DNA of 64,000 nucleotides from an uncultured Hyphomicrobiales bacterium (GTDB lineage Bacteria; Bacteroidota; Ignavibacteria; Kapaibacteriales; UBA2268). The translations under genes and the position numbers were made by a program. Within the stretch, counting starts at the first letter, position 1; every line of letters starts with the position of its first letter. This document shows, piece after piece, positions 57,537-64,000 of this stretch. The notes under the pieces were generated by a model. The model was not told the DNA's origin. It did not search any database and was given only the letters and a program-made list of their open reading frames with translations. Location of the stretch: the NCBI GenBank assembly GCA_964413155.1, contig CAYPRT010000002.1, positions 170,701 to 234,700 of the forward strand. Reading direction: 5' to 3'.

Positions 57537-59258
57537 ATGTATAATTTTTTTTGGATTTTAACCTTTTTTTTCGTTGCACTTGCTACTTCCTTTTCACAAA
57601 TTACTGGATTACCAAGTATTAATAAAGATATTTTCACTGGAGAGGAATTTAAATCCCAATTTCAACAACAAATTTTTTCCACAACAGAAAAATACCCAAC
57701 CAGTTCATATGTTTCTGATACTTTTTACTATGTAGGTCCAAACGATATTTTTTCAATACTTGTCAAGCCAGTAAACATTACCCCTGAATATGCAAAAGTA
57801 GGAGCGGATGGAAAACTATCAATTTCGCGCTATGGTTTTGTTAATGTTTATGGCAAAACTCTTTTAGAGGCAAAAAAACTTATACAAGAAGAAGTAAAAA
57901 AAATCAATACAGATGCAGAAGTATACATTTCACTTTACCAACCGAGAAACGTACTTGTGAAAATCTCTGGGAATGTTAGAAAGCCAGGAATATACTCACT
58001 TCCGGCAAGTTTTAGGGTTTCCGATGCTATTGCAATTGCCAACTTAGAATACACTAATCAAGAAATACCTATGAACACATTAGAAAAAGAATTGTTTTTA
58101 AGCAAAATCAATCGACAAAGGGAAGAAGAACTTGTTGGAAGAGGCATTCCAAGCGAATCATTTTACTCATCAAGGAATATTTCCATATTCAATTCTCTTT
58201 ATGGATTTAGAAAAGCAGACCTTGAATTAAGCAAGGCACGAAATTCATTTGTTTTCGACTCATACATACGCGAAGGAGATGAAATTTTTGTCCCTTTTCC
58301 ATCAGATGATTTTGAATATATTACCATTGCTGGGGCAGTTATTCAACCTGGCAAATTTGCTTATAAAAAAGGCGATAAACTTTCTGATGTAATTAACTTC
58401 GCAAAAGGATTTAAAGAAAATGCCAAGTTGGATAACATCCTAATAATGAATGGAACAGAAAAATTTAATATTCAAATAGATACAAATAAAATTCCAATTG
58501 GTGATATTGAACTTCAACCTTTTACAAACATCATTGTCCCTGAAAAAACTACAACAGAAAAAAGCAAATACGGTGTGGCTGGCATTTTTGGTAGTGTAAG
58601 CAAACCGGGAATATATCCAATTGAAATTGGCAAAACAAGAATTCTTGATTTGATTGATTTGGCTGGTGGAATTGCTGGCGAGCCCTTACTTTCCAAATCA
58701 TATATTTTAAGAAGCAACCCACCAAAGGGATTTTCCAACGACCCAATGCTTGATTTCTATTCGTTTTTGAAGCAAAGCAATCTCACTATGGAAGACACAA
58801 CAAGATTTAAAATGGATTTATTCACCAAATCTAACCTGGTTTCCTGTGATTTTGAACTATTATTAAAAAACAAGAATAATGAACAAAACATATTGCTTTC
58901 CGATGGAGATTTGGTTGTTATTCCATCAGCAAATAAAAGAGTCTACGTTTGGGGTCAGGTAAAAAATCCCGGATTCGTCACCTATGAAGAAGGAAAGAAT
59001 TACAAATGGTATATCGAAAAAGCAGGTGGTTATTTAAACACAGCAAAAAAAAACCGAGTTCGAATTATTCGAGGTATTCAAAAAACCTGGCTCGACCCTG
59101 AAGTTACTTCTGTTCTCGATGGAGACGAAATTTTTGTGCCATCTGCTCCCGACAATCCACCTGGAACAGAAATTCAATATTATAGTTTGATCGCAACAGG
59201 AATAGCTACTCTCATAAGTCTAACTTATCTAATAATTAACTTAACGCGAAGGAATTAA
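57537..59258 (+). CDS. SLBB-repeat polysaccharide export protein (Wza/KpsD-like)
   Basis: 'YYVGPNDIF', repeated 'V.I.G.V.KPG.Y', 'DGDLVVIP', 'VWGQVKNPG'; C-terminal TM. Confidence 0.85.
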   Translation: MYNFFWILTFFFVALATSFSQITGLPSINKDIFTGEEFKSQFQQQIFSTTEKYPTSSYVSDTFYYVGPNDIFSILVKPVNITPEYAKVGADGKLSISRYGFVNVYGKTLLEAKKLIQEEVKKINTDAEVYISLYQPRNVLVKISGNVRKPGIYSLPASFRVSDAIAIANLEYTNQEIPMNTLEKELFLSKINRQREEELVGRGIPSESFYSSRNISIFNSLYGFRKADLELSKARNSFVFDSYIREGDEIFVPFPSDDFEYITIAGAVIQPGKFAYKKGDKLSDVINFAKGFKENAKLDNILIMNGTEKFNIQIDTNKIPIGDIELQPFTNIIVPEKTTTEKSKYGVAGIFGSVSKPGIYPIEIGKTRILDLIDLAGGIAGEPLLSKSYILRSNPPKGFSNDPMLDFYSFLKQSNLTMEDTTRFKMDLFTKSNLVSCDFELLLKNKNNEQNILLSDGDLVVIPSANKRVYVWGQVKNPGFVTYEEGKNYKWYIEKAGGYLNTAKKNRVRIIRGIQKTWLDPEVTSVLDGDEIFVPSAPDNPPGTEIQYYSLIATGIATLISLTYLIINLTRRN

Positions 59259-60904
59259 TGAAAATTGCATCCAAAATTTTCATCTTTATTTTTATTTTGC
59301 TCTTAATTCAGGTTTCTTACTCACAAGTTGAAAATGTTCCATTAACACATCCAATTTATCCTTTTTTAAAACATCTTCAAGTCAAAGGATTAATCCCTCG
59401 AAAAAGTTTTTTCCGATTACCTTTCACCAAAAAAGAAATACAGGAAATTCTCTTATCGGTTTCTAAAGCAAGAAGCTTGTTAAATGATACTGAAACAGAA
59501 TTACTCGAAAGCTATTTAAAAGAATTTGAATTGAACAAAAAAGAAAATGCTGTGTTAATTCCCAGCATAAGTGATTCATCGCAGGTACTTTCGCTAAATA
59601 TTGTTTCGAATAAAGATAAATTTATTTATCATTATTCCGATGGAAATAGTTCTGTTTCAGTTAAACCTCTTGGTTCAATTCGAAGTGTTGTTAAAAATAA
59701 CAACGCTAAAACCGACAAGGCTGTTTATGGAAATTTAGGTTTTAGAGTTTTTGGAACTATAGATACAAATTTCGGCTACTATATCCAAGCAACAAATGGT
59801 AAGTTTTTTACTGGTTCCCGTCAGTTGGGAATCGAAGAAGACAAAACCCTTGCAAACAGCGTAAAATTTACACTATTAAACAGTGATTTCGACTTGGTTG
59901 AATCCCACATCCGTTACCAAAAAAATTGGTTTTTTGCGGGAATTTCTCGAGAAACAAGATTTATCGGATGCGGAGTAAATCAAAATTTAGTTGTTTCTGA
60001 TAATGCCCCTCCGATGGATGAATTTTATGCTGGTGTAAGTTTCAATAATTTCAAGTACTATTTTTCAAACTTTGGGTTGATCGCAAAAACCAGAAACAAT
60101 ATCGAAGTAGGGTCAAGTGCTGATATTCCACAGAAATTTATGGTTTTGCATTCAGCAACATTCCAATTCACAACTTGGAACCTCACCTACTTTCAATCAA
60201 TTGTATATTCCGGACGCGGTATTGAGATTGCATATTTAAATCCTTTCACATTCCTTAAATCGGTGGAACATTCATTACATGATCGAGACAAAGCTGCATT
60301 AGGTTTTGCTTTTGAATTAAATTTCCTTCCTAACTTCCAAATATTAGGCACTTGGATGCTCGAGGACTTGATATTTTCGAACATTGGCAAAAGTAATTGG
60401 TCAAATAAAACTGCTTGGAATATTGGTCTTCTCTACTCAACACCTTTTTCGACTGACCTTGGAATTGAATATACTCGCGTAGAACCCTATATGTTTACGC
60501 ATTTTAACAACTTTAACAATAGAACAAACGATGGTAAATTAATTGGAACTTATCTATATCCAAATTCAGATGAACTTGCTTTTGTTTTAAGAAGTTTCCT
60601 ATTCGGTCGTTATCCAATTACTTTTCGACTCACTTACCAACGGCATGGCGACAACGAAGTCGATAGCACTGGAAAGGTAATCCGAAATGTAGGGGGGGAT
60701 TTTGATTTTGTTCATCGGCCAATTGATAGTTACACCGTAAAATTTCTTGATGGAGTTCGGAACGACTTGTTCACTGCACAATTTCAATGGGGTTTTGAAG
60801 TTATTCGAAATTTTAATTTTCAACTATTTGGCGAATATAGAAAGCCCCAAAGACAAAAAGATAGCTTTGTTTTCCGTTTAATATTTAGGTTTGAGGATTT
60901 TTAG
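59258..60904 (+). CDS. Capsule assembly Wzi-like outer-membrane protein
   Basis: Signal peptide, 'ENVPLTHPIYPFL', 'SDNAPPM', 'YLNPF', 'EYTRVEPYMFTH'; C-terminal Phe. Confidence 0.7.
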   Translation: MKIASKIFIFIFILLLIQVSYSQVENVPLTHPIYPFLKHLQVKGLIPRKSFFRLPFTKKEIQEILLSVSKARSLLNDTETELLESYLKEFELNKKENAVLIPSISDSSQVLSLNIVSNKDKFIYHYSDGNSSVSVKPLGSIRSVVKNNNAKTDKAVYGNLGFRVFGTIDTNFGYYIQATNGKFFTGSRQLGIEEDKTLANSVKFTLLNSDFDLVESHIRYQKNWFFAGISRETRFIGCGVNQNLVVSDNAPPMDEFYAGVSFNNFKYYFSNFGLIAKTRNNIEVGSSADIPQKFMVLHSATFQFTTWNLTYFQSIVYSGRGIEIAYLNPFTFLKSVEHSLHDRDKAALGFAFELNFLPNFQILGTWMLEDLIFSNIGKSNWSNKTAWNIGLLYSTPFSTDLGIEYTRVEPYMFTHFNNFNNRTNDGKLIGTYLYPNSDELAFVLRSFLFGRYPITFRLTYQRHGDNEVDSTGKVIRNVGGDFDFVHRPIDSYTVKFLDGVRNDLFTAQFQWGFEVIRNFNFQLFGEYRKPQRQKDSFVFRLIFRFEDF

Positions 60905-60907
60905 AAT

Positions 60908-62083
60908 ATGGGGAACCTGGATAAAATGTTTTTAGTTTTTTCTTTACTTACATTGTATCCCTATTTGATTTATCCTTTGATTCTCTTTTTTCTTTCAATA
61001 TTCTTTAAAAAAAAAGAACAGAAGTCATATTCATTCGAACCGGAAATCACAATTTTAATACCTTTACACAATGAAGAAGATAACATTCTTCCTTTGGTAA
61101 AGTCCATTATTGATTCCAATTACCCTAAAGAAAAAATTAAAATTCTTTTTGGTTCCGACGGCTCAACAGATAGAACAAATGCCATTCTTGAGGAATTAAA
61201 AGGAAAGTATACCAATGTTGAATATCATATTCTTCCGAGAATGGGAAAAAGCTATGTTATAAACCATCTTCTACAATTTATCAAAACCGAAATTGTGATT
61301 TTCGTTGATGCAGATGTTAGACTTGCAAAGCAAACTCTAAAAGAAATGGTATCATATTTCAGCGATCCAGAAATTGGAGGTGTAGTTTCAAATCTAATTG
61401 TGACGAAAGGTAAACAAAATGACATAAACCCCGAGGAACGCCACACCCAGCGTTTCTTTAATCTTATTCGAAAATTAGAAAGCAAAATCTTTGGAACATT
61501 TAACAATAATGGTCCCTGTTATGCTATTCGCGGAGAACTTTTACAAAAAATACCCAACAAGAAAGTTTGCGACGACTTTTTCAATGTACTAAATATTTTC
61601 AAACAGCGAAAAAGAATGATTTTTGCTGAAAATGCCTTTGCTTACGATTCCCGACCCAGAAATAACATCTCGAGTGAATATCAAAGAAAAAAAAGATTTT
61701 CCGCCGGTGGATTATCGGCAATTTTCACTGTCCCAGAGATTTTCTTACATCCTCTTTCTGCTTTCTTCCTTTTTTCTCATAAAGTTATGAGGTGGTTAAG
61801 CCCAATCTTTGCTATTTTGTCAGTGATTTTATTATTTATCATTTCTAACAATACTTTAAAAATTTTCATTTCTGGCTCAGCAATATTATTTTTGCTTTTT
61901 TGTTTATTTGGTTGGATAACTGAAATGAGAGGCAAGCGAACAAGCAAAATATTCCGAATCCCTTTGTTTATTCTACTCTCTGTTGCAGGAACAATTTCTG
62001 GATTTATCCGTGCTTTTTTGGGCAAACAAAATTCAAGCTGGACATTAAATGGATTGGAAAAACAAAATGAAGCAGTTAATTAA
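60908..62083 (+). CDS. GT2 glycosyltransferase (CesA-like/poly-GlcNAc synthase type)
   Basis: 'IPLHNEE', 'SDGSTDRT', 'FVDAD', 'DDF', 'QRKKRFSAGG', 'SHKVMRW'. Confidence 0.9.
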   Translation: MGNLDKMFLVFSLLTLYPYLIYPLILFFLSIFFKKKEQKSYSFEPEITILIPLHNEEDNILPLVKSIIDSNYPKEKIKILFGSDGSTDRTNAILEELKGKYTNVEYHILPRMGKSYVINHLLQFIKTEIVIFVDADVRLAKQTLKEMVSYFSDPEIGGVVSNLIVTKGKQNDINPEERHTQRFFNLIRKLESKIFGTFNNNGPCYAIRGELLQKIPNKKVCDDFFNVLNIFKQRKRMIFAENAFAYDSRPRNNISSEYQRKKRFSAGGLSAIFTVPEIFLHPLSAFFLFSHKVMRWLSPIFAILSVILLFIISNNTLKIFISGSAILFLLFCLFGWITEMRGKRTSKIFRIPLFILLSVAGTISGFIRAFLGKQNSSWTLNGLEKQNEAVN

Positions 62084-63476
62084 AAAACTTGGGCATAATT
62101 CTCCAATTTTTTTTGAATTAGTTTTTGATATTCTTGCCTTCATAGTCAGTTACATAATTCATTATTATTTACGTTTTGAATCTGGATTATTCGAATCTGA
62201 TATCCACCCATCATTTTTAGACGTTGTTATTACTGGTTTAATCCTTACTATTTACTGGTTATTAGCTTTCTTCTTCAACGGACTATACCGAAACTGGCTT
62301 GTTCGCTCTTCTTTCGAAGAATCCTATGCTGTTATCAAAACTACATTCTTCTTCAATTTTATATTATTTTTCCTTGTATTCCTCGATAGTTCAGGTCGCC
62401 CCAGACTTTTATTTTTGATTTATTTCGTGGTTTTAACCTTTTTCGTTCTTCTTGGTCGGTTTACAGCGAGAAAGTTACAACAATACCTGCGCTCTCGAAA
62501 AATAATTCAAATTCCTGTTGTAATATTAGGAAGCAAAAACGAAGTTTTAGATTTGCTCAAAAAAGTAAATCAAAATTTGGTTTGGGGATACTCTGCCCAA
62601 GCTGTAATTTTAATTGATTCAAATGTTGACAACTCGGAATTTTCTGTTCTTGTATATAAAATGGAACAATTAGATGAAGTTATTAAAGAAATTCGCCCAT
62701 CAGAATTGTTTATTGCTATGAAAAATCAACCACACGAATTAGTACTCGAAATTGCAAATAAGTGTGCAGAAAATCATATAGTTGTAAAAATTGTTCCCGA
62801 CCTCTATGATGTATTAACAGGTTTAGTAAGAACTATTCCTCAATATTCGATTCCACTTATTGAGATTAGTACACAACTATTACAACCTTGGGAAGTTGTC
62901 CTTAAAAGATTGATGGATATAATAGTTAGCTCGCTTGCATTAATTTTAGGTCTACCTTTATGGATTCTGATAGCAATTCTAATTAAACTGGATTCAAAAG
63001 GTCAAATTTTTTACAAACAAGAAAGAGTTGGAAAAAACGGAAAAATTTTTACTCTATACAAATTCCGTTCAATGTATGTTGATGCAGAAAAATACGGACC
63101 ACAAATTACCAAACTCAACGACCCTCGAGTTACACGAGTGGGTTACTTTCTTCGCAGAACACATTTAGATGAGGTTCCGCAGTTCTGGAATGTACTCAAA
63201 GGGGAAATGAGCCTTGTTGGTCCTCGGCCCGATAGAACTTATTTCATCGAAAAATACTGTAAAATTCAACCTTTATTTAAAAGAAGACTTGTTGTGCGTC
63301 CTGGAATTACAGGTTGGAACCAGGTGAATTCCCCAATTTTTGATGGTACCATCGAAGATATTAATAATAAACTCAAAGACGATTTCTACTACATCGAAAA
63401 TATGTCAATAAAACTTGATATAGAAATATTGTTGAGAACACTATATCTGGTGATTCGTGGGAAAGGGCAAGCTTGA
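62067..63476 (+). CDS. Undecaprenyl-phosphate sugar phosphotransferase (WcaJ/WbaP family)
   Basis: Four N-terminal TM segments; 'KRLMDI', 'YKFRSM', 'DPRVTRVG', '[22 protein letters not shown]', '[10 protein letters not shown]'. Confidence 0.93.
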   Translation: MKQLIKKLGHNSPIFFELVFDILAFIVSYIIHYYLRFESGLFESDIHPSFLDVVITGLILTIYWLLAFFFNGLYRNWLVRSSFEESYAVIKTTFFFNFILFFLVFLDSSGRPRLLFLIYFVVLTFFVLLGRFTARKLQQYLRSRKIIQIPVVILGSKNEVLDLLKKVNQNLVWGYSAQAVILIDSNVDNSEFSVLVYKMEQLDEVIKEIRPSELFIAMKNQPHELVLEIANKCAENHIVVKIVPDLYDVLTGLVRTIPQYSIPLIEISTQLLQPWEVVLKRLMDIIVSSLALILGLPLWILIAILIKLDSKGQIFYKQERVGKNGKIFTLYKFRSMYVDAEKYGPQITKLNDPRVTRVGYFLRRTHLDEVPQFWNVLKGEMSLVGPRPDRTYFIEKYCKIQPLFKRRLVVRPGITGWNQVNSPIFDGTIEDINNKLKDDFYYIENMSIKLDIEILLRTLYLVIRGKGQA

Positions 63477-64000
63477 AAAAAGTTATTCAATCCCCCAAAA
63501 TAAAATTTATAAACCAATTCGTGAATGGCGATTTGACGAACGTCCACGAGAAAGACTATTACACAACGGCGCATCCACACTATCCGATGCTGAACTACTT
63601 GCAATTATTATTTCAACTGGAACAAAAAACACATCCGCATTGGATTTAGCAAGAAATCTTTTAGAAAAGTTCCAAAGCTTAACCGAACTTTCCTCGCGCG
63701 ATATTAGTGAACTCAAAAGTATAAAAGGAATTGGTTCTGCTAAAGCTATTACTCTTTCGGCAGTTTTCGAAATTTCCCGACGAATTCAAACCTTCAAATT
63801 CGATGAATTACCAATTATTAAGTCTCCAGAAGATATTGCCAATTACTTTATTCCTCAACTTATGGGAATCAAACAAGAACGATTTTATATTGTTCTTCTT
63901 AATTCCTCGAACAAAATAATTCGTATCAAACAAGTAACAGAAGGAACTTTAAACGCAAGTCTTGTTCACCCTCGGGAGGTCTTTCGTTTTGCAATAATCG
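63457..64000 (+). CDS. radC: RadC/JAB domain protein (partial, runs off the right edge; start uncertain)
   Basis: Manual translation: 'IREWRFDERPRERLLHNGASTLSDAELLAIIISTG', 'IKGIGSAKA', 'QERFYIVLLN', 'GTLNASLVHPREVF'. Nearest in-frame start is GTG 63457. Confidence 0.92.
   Translation, partial: MGKGKLEKSYSIPQNKIYKPIREWRFDERPRERLLHNGASTLSDAELLAIIISTGTKNTSALDLARNLLEKFQSLTELSSRDISELKSIKGIGSAKAITLSAVFEISRRIQTFKFDELPIIKSPEDIANYFIPQLMGIKQERFYIVLLNSSNKIIRIKQVTEGTLNASLVHPREVFRFAII

Overview
A gene-dense, AT-rich (roughly one-third GC by eye) bacterial core-genome window. The most likely source is an FCB-group organism of the Ignavibacteria/Kapabacteria type. This is an inference from a T9SS C-terminal domain, DUF3109, a HYC_CC_PP-type gene with a TonB receptor, TAnnTTTG promoter motifs, a MotB and an Ogg2-type glycosylase. 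It holds about 55 CDS, mostly housekeeping (obgE, dnaG, gmhA, purC, rodA, rsmH/mraZ, mnmG, pyrD, surA, def, phoBR, fbaB, lgt, nadK, lipB, rpoN, pfkA, thpR, dapB, gcvH, radC), one tRNA-Gly(GCC), several terminators and a small EPS/capsule locus. I saw no CRISPR array, prophage, IS or defence island. The most notable signals are: (1) decay of metal/oxidative-stress genes, namely a DPSL ferritin with two nonsense codons, a metal-type TonB receptor with a frameshift plus a nonsense codon behind a PerR/Zur-like 7-3-7 operator, and a secreted HMA-fold protein without its CxxC; (2) two near-consensus ECF-sigma promoters in front of small envelope proteins; (3) enzymes with altered catalytic motifs, namely a membrane-anchored GH2 lacking the usual nucleophile, an RmlD-like protein lacking the YxxxK Tyr, and a class 2 DHODH with a class 1 Cys; (4) a probable AUU start and a 2+2 MraZ-box array at a mraZ-rsmH pair detached from the dcw cluster; (5) a CASTOR/POLLUX-like channel heading the obgE operon; (6) an orphan motB and an uncharacterised small-protein plus tail-anchored coiled-coil pair. 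All family calls come from motif recognition by eye; no searches were run.
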